Notes: a model not told the origin generated them from the letters alone. Counted from the stretch's first letter, positions 47,194-57,900 are shown. The stretch is 64,000 bases of DNA from an uncultured Gammaproteobacteria bacterium (GCA_964500725.1 CAZCNP010000001.1:321520-385519); one strand, 5' to 3'. Program-made: numbers and translations.

Positions 47194-47667
47194 GTACTCA
47201 ATTAAATATTTCAAACTTCCAAAATCAATATGCTCATCTCCTGCGATTTTCTTGATTTCTCTGGCAGTTCTTTTTGGAGAAGAAATTATAATGATCTTTT
47301 TCTTTTTAGAAATTAAATAAGTAAGTAGTGGAGCAAAATCCCCATCACCAGTTAACACAATCGCTCTTTTATATTCTTTTATTTTAAGAAGCATGTCCAT
47401 AGTCAAATCTACATCACAGTTTGCTTTAGTTCTTGCTCCATATCTTTTGATTTCCTTTACTCTTAAAATATATCCAAATTGCTCTAATTTTTTTAAGAAT
47501 TTCTCTTTCTTTTCACTCTTTGAGTCTCTACCATAATAAAAGAAGACTTTAGAAATCGAAAATTTATTTTTTAGATATTGAATTAGTTTCTCTTGATCTA
47601 TAAACCAACCTTCAGCTCTGGCACCATAAATAATATTAGAAGCATCTATAAAAGCATAAGTTTTCAT
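47173..47667 (-). CDS. NYN/LabA-DUF88 PIN-domain ribonuclease
   Basis: AFIDASNI, KANCDVDL, LTGDGDFAP. Confidence 0.9.
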   Translation of the reverse strand: MKTYAFIDASNIIYGARAEGWFIDQEKLIQYLKNKFSISKVFFYYGRDSKSEKKEKFLKKLEQFGYILRVKEIKRYGARTKANCDVDLTMDMLLKIKEYKRAIVLTGDGDFAPLLTYLISKKKKIIIISSPKRTAREIKKIAGDEHIDFGSLKYLIEYKKRGRP

Positions 47668-47865
47668 TGCCTAAACTATAGCATAACTGGGTAACTCTGA
47701 GCTGGAAACTGCCTTTTTCCCTTAAAATAGCTTTGGACTTCTGAATTAAACAAATCAACTATTTCTATATTCTTTGTAATATAATTAAGCAGTTCAAGGG
47801 AAGTTTCAGTCTCCCGACTTAGCTTGTATCTTGTCAAAATAAACCAGATTAACTAAACTAAAAAT

Positions 47866-48471
47866 ATGGCAGAAGCTGGTGGAGAAAAACTAGTGGGAGG
47901 TAATACAAGTTTAAGAAGAAATAAGCTTCCGCGCAGGCGTTTTTTAGAAACCGTACTAGTACTTGGGGCCCAACTTGCAATAGGCAAGGCTGGTGGAATT
48001 ATAAAACTAGTAGAGATTGGAACAGGAGCAACTCAAGCTAGTCTTAAAACATTAGAGCAAAACCCTGCCAGCGCTACAGCAACTCAAAGGCAAGCAATAG
48101 AAGAATTCAATAAACTGGAAGATGAAATAAGACGAAACCCTAAAAGTCTAGAACTTCAACGAAAAAGGGTGTACCAACTAAAGACCGGCTCTCAAGGAGC
48201 CTGGCTGGTACCAGAACCATTTACTGCTGATAAACAAATTACTATGGCCAATGGAAATAAACTACTCGCAGATACTGACTATAATATCCCAGGAGGGGCC
48301 ATTAAAGTGCTGGGTAAAAACCCCTTTAACAGTACTGGCTTGCCCCAAATAGAGTGGTATTTTATAACTACTCAACGAGATCGGCAAACTCACAAAGTCG
48401 CTGGTGGATATTTCGCCTATGCTGGAAGTTTTGTCCCAACTGCCAGAGGCACTGTTGCCCAACATAAATAA
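47866..48471 (+). CDS. Hypothetical exported protein
   Basis: RRRFL followed by a hydrophobic segment (twin-arginine-like). Confidence 0.5.
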   Translation: MAEAGGEKLVGGNTSLRRNKLPRRRFLETVLVLGAQLAIGKAGGIIKLVEIGTGATQASLKTLEQNPASATATQRQAIEEFNKLEDEIRRNPKSLELQRKRVYQLKTGSQGAWLVPEPFTADKQITMANGNKLLADTDYNIPGGAIKVLGKNPFNSTGLPQIEWYFITTQRDRQTHKVAGGYFAYAGSFVPTARGTVAQHK

Positions 48472-48481
48472 CAGGGTTAGC

Positions 48482-48985
48482 TTATGAGCCAAACCACAGC
48501 TCAATTTCTTTTTGAGCCTCTTCAGGGGAACCTGAAGCATGAATTAAATTATATACTGGTCTTTCCTCCAAGTTAGCTTTTAAAATATTATCTGTCCCTA
48601 AATCTCCCCTGATAGTACCCTTTTCAGCTGTTGCTGGGTCTGTAAAACCAGTGGTTTTTCTAGCCACAACAACTGCATCTTCCCCTTCTAATAATAAAGC
48701 TGCAATTGGACCAGAGGTGATAAACTTCCTAAGCCAGGTAACTACTTTTCTGCCTTGATCTTCTGCAGAGGTAACTTGCTGCCCTGCAGCAATGGTTTTT
48801 TCTCCAATAAGTCTTAAGTAATCTGGGTCCATTGGATAATGTTTTTCTACTATCTCCAAAGGCGCCATCATCTCTTTTCTTTTGACTACTTTAAGTCCTG
48901 CAGCCTCATATCTTTTTATAATTTCCTCGGTCAAACCCCTCTCTACTCCATCAGGTTTTATAAGTATCAAAGTCTTCTGTAACAT
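48482..48985 (-). CDS. ndk: Nucleoside diphosphate kinase
   Basis: IKPDGVERGL, GTIRGD, NLIHASGS. Confidence 0.95.
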   Translation of the reverse strand: MLQKTLILIKPDGVERGLTEEIIKRYEAAGLKVVKRKEMMAPLEIVEKHYPMDPDYLRLIGEKTIAAGQQVTSAEDQGRKVVTWLRKFITSGPIAALLLEGEDAVVVARKTTGFTDPATAEKGTIRGDLGTDNILKANLEERPVYNLIHASGSPEEAQKEIELWFGS

Positions 48986-49031
48986 GATCGAAATATTATA
49001 TACGAAAAAAATAAAAGTTTAAAGGGTAAGA

Positions 49032-50087
49032 TTATTTGATCTCTATATCCTCTAATTTTATTGAGCCATCCTCAAATACCGAAGCTACTGCAAATCTAGG
49101 GGCTTGTGGATTTCTTTCAATTGTTATAGCTCCTGCTGTGCCCATTGATAAACCAGTTACAGGCTCTTTATATTCAGAGAAGAAGTGAATATCCCCAGCT
49201 AATACCTTTTTAACACCTGCTTCTTTTAGCTCAAACATTAATTCCTTTGCCTGAGATTTTAAACTCTTCTCCACCCTGCCCATTACATGATCTGAGGAAG
49301 GATGATAAAGTGGTATATGAACAAATACAAAGATGCCCTTTGTTCCTTCATTTTTTGTTTTTTCAATTTCCTCGCTGATCCATTTTCTTTGACTGTTATC
49401 AAATCCTATATAATTATCACTATTGTCCAGCAATAAAAACTTAAAACCTTCAAAAACAAAAGATTGATAACTGGGACCAAACACTTCTTTAAAACATTCT
49501 GTTGGAACAAGCTCTCTATTTCTACAATCCCACAAATCATGATCTCCTGGTATTAAAAAGTATCTAATTCCTGCATCATCAAGAACCTTTTTGGCCTTTT
49601 CCAACTCAGCTTTAGTTCCTACAGTGGTATAGTCTCCCAAACCTATGATAAATTCAATATCTGGAAATTGGGATTTAACCTGTTCTAAAGCTTTTTGCAG
49701 ATTAAGGTTATCACTATGAGAATCAGCAATCAGCAAAAATTTAAAAGATAGGTTTGCTGTAACAGGCTCTGGTATTTTAGTATTTTCTGAAGGGATCTGC
49801 CTGCTATTTTGCTCACCCAAAATCTTTTGGTTGATTTGATCTGCCAAGCCAGAGGTGGGTTTGTTTGAAGAAAAAAATCCCAGCAGCTGCGGTGGAATTC
49901 TGCCTGCCAACAATTCTGAGACAACAGCCTGTGGGTCAAGTTTTAAAGGGTCAACACCAGTAAAAGATTTGTAGGCAGAATAAACTCCCACCAACAAAAT
50001 GGTTAACATCACCATACTCAAAACCAATCTTAATATAACAAACAATATATTAGGCGATCTTCTTCCTTGATTATGTTTTTTAAACAT
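49032..50087 (-). CDS. Membrane-anchored calcineurin-like metallophosphoesterase
   Basis: ADSH, LGDY, PGDHD, VHIP, GDIH motifs. Confidence 0.85.
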   Translation of the reverse strand: MFKKHNQGRRSPNILFVILRLVLSMVMLTILLVGVYSAYKSFTGVDPLKLDPQAVVSELLAGRIPPQLLGFFSSNKPTSGLADQINQKILGEQNSRQIPSENTKIPEPVTANLSFKFLLIADSHSDNLNLQKALEQVKSQFPDIEFIIGLGDYTTVGTKAELEKAKKVLDDAGIRYFLIPGDHDLWDCRNRELVPTECFKEVFGPSYQSFVFEGFKFLLLDNSDNYIGFDNSQRKWISEEIEKTKNEGTKGIFVFVHIPLYHPSSDHVMGRVEKSLKSQAKELMFELKEAGVKKVLAGDIHFFSEYKEPVTGLSMGTAGAITIERNPQAPRFAVASVFEDGSIKLEDIEIK

Positions 50088-51685
50088 TACATCCTCTCAG
50101 GAGCTGAAACTCCTAAAAGCTTTAGGGTATTTGCCAAAGTTATTTTGGATGCATAAACTAAAACCAGCCTTGCTTGTATTAACTGTTCATTTTCTGCCTG
50201 CAAAACAGGACAGTTTTCATAAAACTTATGAAATAAATCTGCCAAACCGATTGCATATTCTGTCAATTGATGCACTTGCAAATTAACCATGATTTCTTGA
50301 GTTAAATCAGGAAAGCTAATTAGATATTTTATCAAATCCAGCTCGCTTGGATGAACTAACCTAGTATAGTCAACCCCTTCTAGATTCAAGTTTTTGCTTT
50401 TAAGAAGAATGTTAGTCATTCTGGCATGAGCATATTGAACATAATACACAGGATTTTTGTTTGATTGCTGCTTTAGAAGCTCGACATCAAAGTCCATATG
50501 GGTTTGAGGAGAAAACCTTAGCAGATAAAACCTAAAAGCATCTACCCCTACCTCATCTAAAACTTCTCTTGCTGTAATAAAATTTCCAGCCCTTTTGCTC
50601 ATTTTGACCACTTCATCACCCTTTTTAACCCTGACATACTGATATAAAACTACTTTTAGCTTCTGAGGGTCAAAACCTAAAGCCTGGATAGCAGCCTGAA
50701 TTCTAGGTATATGACCATGATGATTACTGCCCCAGATATTTATTATCAAGTCTGCGCCTGAGGCAAACTTTTGCTTGTGGTATACAATATCGGAGGTAAA
50801 ATAAGTATAATTTCCATCAGATTTCTGGATCACAGTTTCCCTGTCTTTTAAAAACTCATCATTGGGCGCCAGCCACAAAGCTCCATCTTTTTCTTTAACT
50901 ACCCCTTCTTTCTTCAACTCATCTACAACCTCAGCTGCGCCTTCTCTTAGCTGTGATTCGTGAACAACTAAATCAAACTTTATTCCCATAGCATGAGAAT
51001 CAGCCATAATATCCTCGTACATTAAAGCTACCGCTGCCTGACCTACCTCGCTATCAGATTTATTTTCTATATCCTCCAATTCTTTTACTAAATCATTTAT
51101 ATATTCACCCTGATATTGATTTTTTGAGGCTAAATTACCATGATATGCTGCTTTAATTGTAGCTCCTAAAGCTTTAATCTGCTCTCCTACATTGTTATCA
51201 AGATATTCTCTTAATACTTTATAGCCTGAGTTTTCCAAAACATTGGCAGCCACATCTCCTAATGGTCCCCCTCTGGCATTACCAATATGTAAAGGGCCTG
51301 TTGGATTAGCAGAAATAAACTCTACTCTGGCTGTTTTACCTTGACCAACTTCTGATTTCCCAAAGGCTTCCTTATTGTCTAAAATTTCTTTTAAGTTTTT
51401 TGTTAAACTTTCTGCTTTTATAAAAAAATTAATAAACCCTCCTCCTGCTATTTCTGCATGTTCTAAATACTCAGGTTTTCCCAAATTTTGTAAAATTTCA
51501 TTAGCAATTTCTGTTGGCGATTGCTTGCCTTTTGACCCCTCGAGTTTAGCAAGCTGCAAAGCCACATTTGTACTGTAATCTCCAAAAACAGGATTTTTGG
51601 AAATAGATACAACTATATCACTATCTGTAAATCCCAAATCTCTAATTACGTTCTTTAAGTCTTCTAAAATTTGTTGCTTAATCAT
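50087..51685 (-). CDS. argS: Arginine--tRNA ligase
   Basis: FGDYSTN, SANPTGPLHIGNAR, KMSKRAG, YVQYAHAR, APERM. Confidence 0.97.
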   Translation of the reverse strand: MIKQQILEDLKNVIRDLGFTDSDIVVSISKNPVFGDYSTNVALQLAKLEGSKGKQSPTEIANEILQNLGKPEYLEHAEIAGGGFINFFIKAESLTKNLKEILDNKEAFGKSEVGQGKTARVEFISANPTGPLHIGNARGGPLGDVAANVLENSGYKVLREYLDNNVGEQIKALGATIKAAYHGNLASKNQYQGEYINDLVKELEDIENKSDSEVGQAAVALMYEDIMADSHAMGIKFDLVVHESQLREGAAEVVDELKKEGVVKEKDGALWLAPNDEFLKDRETVIQKSDGNYTYFTSDIVYHKQKFASGADLIINIWGSNHHGHIPRIQAAIQALGFDPQKLKVVLYQYVRVKKGDEVVKMSKRAGNFITAREVLDEVGVDAFRFYLLRFSPQTHMDFDVELLKQQSNKNPVYYVQYAHARMTNILLKSKNLNLEGVDYTRLVHPSELDLIKYLISFPDLTQEIMVNLQVHQLTEYAIGLADLFHKFYENCPVLQAENEQLIQARLVLVYASKITLANTLKLLGVSAPERM

Positions 51686-51718
51686 AAACTAATCATAGCA
51701 TAATTCAAAAGCTAAAAG

Positions 51719-52738
51719 TCATTTGAGTTTTGGCTTATTAATAGTCATTAGTATTCCTCCCACTATCAAATAATACCCCGCCCAAACCAACCAGAGTTGC
51801 TCTCCTATATATTCCCAGGCAAAAGGCAAAGAGGCAAAAAATTGGACTATATAAATAAAGTAAGTCAGCAAAATATTTACCCCTACTCCTACCAACCCCC
51901 CAATAAAATTTAAGACAACACTAAATCCTAACATAATAACCCCTCCAATCATAATAAAAGGTATCGTCCAAAGAATAAAAAGATTAGCAATTATCCCCAC
52001 TAAAGAAAATTGATGAAAATTTTGGGCAATAATTGGCACAACCATTACTTGAGCTGCCAAAGAAACTGCCAAATCCTGGCCAATAATAGGTAATTTATCA
52101 AGCCACCTTAAGAAAAGCGGTGCCACTACTATTACCCCAAAGGTGGCCAGAGCTGACAACTGAAAAGATATGCTGGTAATCCAGGAAGGATTAACAAGCA
52201 GCATCAATCCTAAAGTTACTGCTAAAACCCATACTCCATCTTTGGTTCTGCCGGTTAGCTGTGCTAACGCAGCCAGAGAAAACATGATGGCAGCTCTTAC
52301 AATTGGTATCTGCATACCAGTTAGCACTGTATAAAAGCTGATTGCTAACAGACTCAAAATAATAGCATTTCTTCTCTTTATTAAACCTGCCAGACTCAAA
52401 AATACCCCTCCCACCATACTTAAATTTTGGCCAGAAGCCACTACTATATGAAGGGTGGAAGTATCTCTTAAAGAAAGTTTAAGGGAACCTGGAAGGCTTT
52501 TATTTTGCCCCAGCAATATGCCTGAAAGCAATTCTGCTTGTGGAGAAGGCAAAAGCTGACTAATCTTTTGATCTAAAAATTGTCTTTCCTGCTGGAAAAC
52601 ATCTATTTTAACCTCCCATCCTCCCTGTTGATATCTAATGTAGAAAATAAGCAGATATAAAATAAGAGCTAGAATATAAGGTAACTTGTCCCAGCGCAGT
52701 AATGCAACCATAATCAGTGGCGAGTTTGAGTCAGTCAA
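51719..52738 (-). CDS. comEC: ComEC/Rec2 competence channel (core domain only)
   Basis: LHIVVASGQN, RAAIM, SFQLSALAT; multiple TM helices. Confidence 0.85.
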   Translation of the reverse strand: MTDSNSPLIMVALLRWDKLPYILALILYLLIFYIRYQQGGWEVKIDVFQQERQFLDQKISQLLPSPQAELLSGILLGQNKSLPGSLKLSLRDTSTLHIVVASGQNLSMVGGVFLSLAGLIKRRNAIILSLLAISFYTVLTGMQIPIVRAAIMFSLAALAQLTGRTKDGVWVLAVTLGLMLLVNPSWITSISFQLSALATFGVIVVAPLFLRWLDKLPIIGQDLAVSLAAQVMVVPIIAQNFHQFSLVGIIANLFILWTIPFIMIGGVIMLGFSVVLNFIGGLVGVGVNILLTYFIYIVQFFASLPFAWEYIGEQLWLVWAGYYLIVGGILMTINKPKLK

Positions 52739-52764
52739 AAAATAAAACGAACGAGCTACATTTA

Positions 52765-53370
52765 CTAATATACCACCAATTGCTCTTTAATCTTCTCAAA
52801 AACAGGCTTGCTGAGAACTTTTTTACTTAATAAATCCTCTACTGCCTGATAAGGCCTGTCTGAGAGAATTTTGGAAGCTGTAACAGGCCCTATACCTGGC
52901 AATGCTTCCAACTCTGCTTGAGAAGCTGTATTAATATTAACTTTAGAACTTGTTTGAGTTCCAGCAACCACCCCACTACTACCAGACCCACCTGTTTGTT
53001 CTCCCTCAAACGGCACATAAACCTTACTGCCATCTGATAATTTTTGAGCCATATTGAAATACTTTGATATATATTCTTTATTGGAGTCTGGAGAAAATCC
53101 TCCTGCAGATAAAATAGCATCCTCAATCCTTGACCCCTCTTTAAGCTGGTAAACACCTGGCTTACCAACAGCTCCGGACACATCAACAGAAATTAATTTT
53201 TGACCTTCAACTAAACTTTCTTTGGGAAATCCGCCGGCTGGCGGATTTGGTTTTTGATTACTCAACCCTGAGCTAAATACTCCACCAATAATCAGCACTA
53301 ACCCTAACATACTTAAGGCTATGGGGATTTTATATTGTTCCAGCTTCTCTCTCCAGCTTAAGCTATCCAT
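52765..53370 (-). CDS. comEA: ComEA DNA receptor (SLBB + HhH)
   Basis: VDVSGAVGKPGVY, KVNINTAS..ELEALPGIGP. Confidence 0.9.
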   Translation of the reverse strand: MDSLSWREKLEQYKIPIALSMLGLVLIIGGVFSSGLSNQKPNPPAGGFPKESLVEGQKLISVDVSGAVGKPGVYQLKEGSRIEDAILSAGGFSPDSNKEYISKYFNMAQKLSDGSKVYVPFEGEQTGGSGSSGVVAGTQTSSKVNINTASQAELEALPGIGPVTASKILSDRPYQAVEDLLSKKVLSKPVFEKIKEQLVVY

Positions 53371-53373
53371 ACT

Positions 53374-53805
53374 CTACCATCTATCATCTAACAACTTCTT
53401 TCTGTATTCTTTCACCCAGGTTTTATAAGCACCATGCAAATAACCCATTCCCCGCTCAACCATTTCTCTTTTAACTACCCCGCCAGCATGAGGATAACGG
53501 TGCAACCTTGGTTGGGTGGATGAAAAACCATGAGTGAAATGTACCAACTCATGACCAATAGTATGATCAACTACTTCCGAGGGAATATTTTGATCTTTAA
53601 ACATTGAAGTGATAGTAATATAACTTGATTTTGTGCTTCTGTTGAGCCTAATGGAGCCTAATCTATATTTGGCAAACCTACCAAACTTGATAAAGACTTT
53701 GTTGTTTTGAGCTACATCTGGAAAATATTTATTCCATAGGTAATCTAAACGAAAAAGCAGCCAGGCATTATCGCGGACTGGTGATCTGGTGGGCATAAGC
53801 ATCAT
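53374..53805 (-). CDS. SprT-like zinc metalloprotease
   Basis: RLGSI...HELVH...PH motif. Confidence 0.6.
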   Translation of the reverse strand: MMLMPTRSPVRDNAWLLFRLDYLWNKYFPDVAQNNKVFIKFGRFAKYRLGSIRLNRSTKSSYITITSMFKDQNIPSEVVDHTIGHELVHFTHGFSSTQPRLHRYPHAGGVVKREMVERGMGYLHGAYKTWVKEYRKKLLDDRW

Positions 53806-53888
53806 TTTAGAGTTTCAAAGGCAAAATGTCAAAAATCCTGTTACATCAAGCTAAACTAGCTACTGATAAACACTAGCAATTTATAATT

Positions 53889-56345
53889 TTAATTGCTAAC
53901 TACCAAGCTAATTATCTTACCAGGTATATACACAACTTTTTCCACGGATTTTCCTGCTAAGAATTTTTCAATCTTTTTGCTCTCTTTGGCCATTTTTTCT
54001 ACTACTTCTTTGTTACTAACAGTATCTTTTTGTATCACCAAAATATCCCTCACCTTACCATTAATTTGAACAGCTATAGAAACTTGCTCTTCTTCCAAAT
54101 ATTCACTGGCATATTTTGGCCATAACTGCTTATGAATACTCCAGTTATTAGTTCGTAGTTCATACTCTGAACTATTAACTAATTGCCACAACTCTTCTGT
54201 AATATGAGGGGCAAATGGAGCCAGCAGCAACAAAAAGGTTTTATATTCCTCTGCTGAAACTGCTTGTTTTCTAGATAAATGATTCAACCATTCCATCAGA
54301 CCAGCAATAGCAGTATTGTATTTTAACTGCTCAATATCTTCTGTGACTTTTTTAATCGTTTTGTGCATCATCCTCAAGTCACTTGACTCTTGACTCTTGA
54401 CTCTTGACTCTATTTTCTCCTGCAGTCCCCAAACTCTTTGTAAAAATCTATAAATACCACCCATGCCACTATCCCTAAAATCTCCTCCATCTGAATAAGG
54501 ACCTAAAAACATCAAATAGGTTCTTAATGTGTCAGCCCCGTATTCCTTTATATATTTATCAGGATTAACAATATTACCTTTGGATTTGCTCATCTTGGCT
54601 CCATCTTTGATAACTAAGCCATGAGCCCTAAAGGTGGTAAAAGGCTCTTCAAAATTTATTAATTTCAGATCGTATAAAACCATGGTGACAAATCTAGAAT
54701 ACAAAAGGTGCAAAACAGAATGCTCTGCTCCTCCAATATACATATTAACTGGCAACCATTTCTTGATTCTGTTAGCAGCAAACGCTTCATCTTGATATTC
54801 TGTTGATGGATATCTTAAAAAGTACCAGGCAGAATCCAAGAAAGTATCAGAAACATCTGTTTCTCTTCTTCCCTTACCACCACAGTTTGGGCATTTGACA
54901 TTATAGAAATCTGGAACAGAAGCCAAGGGAGACTCGCCTTTTCCAGAAGGCCTAAAATCCTCCACAAACGGCAGCTCCACTGGCAAACCCTCTTCAGGCA
55001 CTGGCACTACTCCACATTTATCACAGTAAATCATAGGAATTGGGGGTCCCCAGTATCTTTGCCTTGAGATTAACCAATCCCTTAAATGATAATTAGTTGC
55101 TTTTCTGGCATGACCTTGTTTAATGCTATATTCAGCCACAGCTTTCCTAGCAGTAATATCATCCATACCTTCAAAATGGCCAGTATTTTCTGTCATTACT
55201 CCTCCCCCAGTGTAAGCCTCCTCCATCTCCTCCACTTTTAAATCTTTATCTGTAGGCCTTACCACTAAAATAAATGGCAAATCATACTTTTTAGCAAACT
55301 CAAAGTCTCTCTGATCATGGGTAGGCGTACATTTAACTATGCCAGTACCGTATTCCATAATGGCAAAATTAGCAATATAGAGAGGCATCTGATGACCAGA
55401 CAGAGGATTTATTACATATCTGCCTACAAAATAACCTTTTTTCTTTTTTTCAGCACTATTTGGATCCTTGATTTTATCTTGCTTGACTTCTTCTATAAAT
55501 TCTTTAGCTCCTTTTTCATATTTAGTACCGGCAACTAACTCTGCTATCACTGGATGTTCTGGAGCGATAACCATAAATGTTGCTCCCCAAGTAGTATGTG
55601 GCCAGGTAGTAAATGATTCTAGGGTCAAATCCATACCTTCTACCTTCCACTGCTCAATCAACCCTTCACTTCTACCAATCCACTGTTGTTGAGCTATCTT
55701 AACCTTTTCTGACCAATCTAATTCTTTTAAGTTATTAAGCAGTCTTTCTGCATAATCAGTAATTCTAAAAAACCACTGCTCAAGCAGTCTTTTTTCCACT
55801 ACGCTACCGCACCTCTCGCAAACACCTCCTACCACCTGCTCGTCTGCCAGCACAGTTTTATCCTTAGGACACCAGTTGACTGAAGCTTTTTTTCTGTAAG
55901 CCAAGCCTTTTTTGTACATCTGTAAAAATAACCATTGAGTCCATTTGTAATAGTTTGATTTATATGTTTCTACTGTCCTAGTCCAGTCAAAACTATTACC
56001 AATTAGATGTAACTGCTCATAAAATCTTTTTTCTGTTTTTTTAGACAGCTCCATAGGGTGCTCATTTACCTTTAAAGCATAGTTTTCACTATGAATCCCA
56101 AAGCCATCCAAACCAATTGGCTCAAATACATCCAAACCCTGCATCCTTTTAAACCGAGAATAAATATCTGAACCAGTAAAAGCATACATATTCCCAACAT
56201 GCAGCCCCTCTGCTGAGGGGTAAGGAAACATCATTAAGCTATAGTAGGGTTTTTCCGCCTTATCTAGATCAGGGCTAAATAATTTCTCTTCAGACCATTT
56301 TTTTTGCCACTTAGATTCTATCTGACCTGGTATATACTTGTGCAT
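53889..56345 (-). CDS. leuS: Leucine--tRNA ligase
   Basis: MFPYPSAEGLHVGN, DWLISRQRYWG, KMSKS. Confidence 0.97.
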   Translation of the reverse strand: MHKYIPGQIESKWQKKWSEEKLFSPDLDKAEKPYYSLMMFPYPSAEGLHVGNMYAFTGSDIYSRFKRMQGLDVFEPIGLDGFGIHSENYALKVNEHPMELSKKTEKRFYEQLHLIGNSFDWTRTVETYKSNYYKWTQWLFLQMYKKGLAYRKKASVNWCPKDKTVLADEQVVGGVCERCGSVVEKRLLEQWFFRITDYAERLLNNLKELDWSEKVKIAQQQWIGRSEGLIEQWKVEGMDLTLESFTTWPHTTWGATFMVIAPEHPVIAELVAGTKYEKGAKEFIEEVKQDKIKDPNSAEKKKKGYFVGRYVINPLSGHQMPLYIANFAIMEYGTGIVKCTPTHDQRDFEFAKKYDLPFILVVRPTDKDLKVEEMEEAYTGGGVMTENTGHFEGMDDITARKAVAEYSIKQGHARKATNYHLRDWLISRQRYWGPPIPMIYCDKCGVVPVPEEGLPVELPFVEDFRPSGKGESPLASVPDFYNVKCPNCGGKGRRETDVSDTFLDSAWYFLRYPSTEYQDEAFAANRIKKWLPVNMYIGGAEHSVLHLLYSRFVTMVLYDLKLINFEEPFTTFRAHGLVIKDGAKMSKSKGNIVNPDKYIKEYGADTLRTYLMFLGPYSDGGDFRDSGMGGIYRFLQRVWGLQEKIESRVKSQESSDLRMMHKTIKKVTEDIEQLKYNTAIAGLMEWLNHLSRKQAVSAEEYKTFLLLLAPFAPHITEELWQLVNSSEYELRTNNWSIHKQLWPKYASEYLEEEQVSIAVQINGKVRDILVIQKDTVSNKEVVEKMAKESKKIEKFLAGKSVEKVVYIPGKIISLVVSN

Positions 56346-56594
56346 ACTAAGATTCTACCATATTTTGCTTTAAGCGGATGAAAAGCTAATTTACGCGGAT
56401 CTGGTCTATCAGTTTTCCATCGTACAAATCTTTTTCATAGGATGTTTTCACAAGCTAAATTAAACTATATTCAGTTTGAAATGATATAGTTTATGTATAT
56501 TCTGACTTATTCTATACCCTAAGTCCTAGTCCCTATACCCTAACCTGTGCTCGTGCGGTAATTATCTTGATCTGTTTTGCTATAGAATGAGACA

Positions 56595-56669
56595 TTGACA
56601 ACGTAGTTAATTTGCGGTATGGTAAAGTTGCAAAAAAAGGAACAGGGTAGACGGCTGTTTCTTTTTTTG
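56595..56669 (+). promoter_or_regulatory. Promoter and 15-bp leader hairpin upstream of the ATPase cluster
   Basis: TTGACA, 17 bp, TATGGT; CAAAAAAAGGAACAG-GGTAGACGG-CTGTTTCTTTTTTTG. Confidence 0.55.
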
Positions 56670-56726
56670 TACCCTTTTTTGTTCTCCTTGTCAATTATTT
56701 GCAATTCGGTGTAAAATGACCTTAAT

Positions 56727-57413
56727 ATGCCCAATCTACCTTTTGACCCAACTACCTTATTATTAATACTAGGACTTATCATTACCGCTATTTTGTACCT
56801 TCGTGAATATAACCTCAGAAACAAGTTGGAAACCAACAATGAAAAAGTCTTGGAAAAAATCAAGGAACAAAGCTGGAGTATCTTGCACGATTCTACCAAA
56901 AAATCAAATGCCATCTTAGGACAAGCAGAGCTTGAAGGAATAAAAGTTGTAGCAGGAAGCAAAGTAGAAACAGCTAAATTTGAGCAGTCTTTTTCAAAAG
57001 AGCTCTCTGAAGCTGTAGGTTCTTCTAAACAAGTTATTGTAAATGCCCAAAACCAGCTGCTTGAGTTTATGAAGGATTTACAAACAAGAAGCGCAGAGTT
57101 TGAGGAAGCCAGTAAACACGCAGGGGAACAAAGAATTAATCAACTATTTGACAGATTTGAACAAAGACTGGCTGATTTTTTGGTGCAAACAGAACAAAAA
57201 ACCACCTCCTCTATTGAACTGGAGCTTAAAAGCACAAGAGCGCTGATTGAAATATATAAAAATGAGCAGCTTAAATTAATTGATGAGAATATTATTGCCA
57301 TGATGGAACAAACCTTAAGTATAGTTTTAGCAAAAAAACTTTCCTTAAAAGATCAGCTTGATCTTGTTTACGAAGCCTTAGAAAAAGCTAAGGTAGAAAA
57401 ATTTATTGTTTAA
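56727..57413 (+). CDS. TM + coiled-coil protein, possible b-like stator subunit
   Basis: Single N-terminal TM helix and long coiled coil; first gene of the ATPase cluster. Confidence 0.5.
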   Translation: MPNLPFDPTTLLLILGLIITAILYLREYNLRNKLETNNEKVLEKIKEQSWSILHDSTKKSNAILGQAELEGIKVVAGSKVETAKFEQSFSKELSEAVGSSKQVIVNAQNQLLEFMKDLQTRSAEFEEASKHAGEQRINQLFDRFEQRLADFLVQTEQKTTSSIELELKSTRALIEIYKNEQLKLIDENIIAMMEQTLSIVLAKKLSLKDQLDLVYEALEKAKVEKFIV

Positions 57414-57419
57414 GATTTT

Positions 57420-57896
57420 ATGAACGAGATACTCACCATTATTTTGAAAGATACTTATTCCTTATCCCAACTTAAACATAGGCTAAGAATTCTCAAAACG
57501 TCTCTCTTGAAGGCTTTTTTTGGCAGCAAGGAAGAAATCTCCTTCTCCCCTGATGAACTAAGCTGGCTGAAATCTTTACCTGATAACTTTTATCAAAAAT
57601 TCAGCAAGGACAATATCTATCAAATTTTTACTGAATTTGAGCAAGAAATTAGCAAACTACAAACGCTCACCATACATTTGACTTTTGAACCAGACGAGTC
57701 AACATTAGCTCAAATAGGCACTTACGTTAGACATCACTTTGAGGCTACCATACCTTTAGATATCAAGTTCGATCCTAGTCTGATTGCAGGCGCAGCCTTA
57801 GTCTGGAAAGGAGTCTACAAAGATTATTCCCTCAAAGCCAGACTAGATGCAAAAAAGACCGAAATGCTGCAGGAATTCAAAAGGTTTTTAAGATGA
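57420..57896 (+). CDS. ATP synthase delta/OSCP-like subunit (divergent)
   Basis: DIKFDPSLIAG...DYSLKARL C-terminal OSCP pattern. Confidence 0.6.
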   Translation: MNEILTIILKDTYSLSQLKHRLRILKTSLLKAFFGSKEEISFSPDELSWLKSLPDNFYQKFSKDNIYQIFTEFEQEISKLQTLTIHLTFEPDESTLAQIGTYVRHHFEATIPLDIKFDPSLIAGAALVWKGVYKDYSLKARLDAKKTEMLQEFKRFLR

Positions 57897-57900
57897 AATT

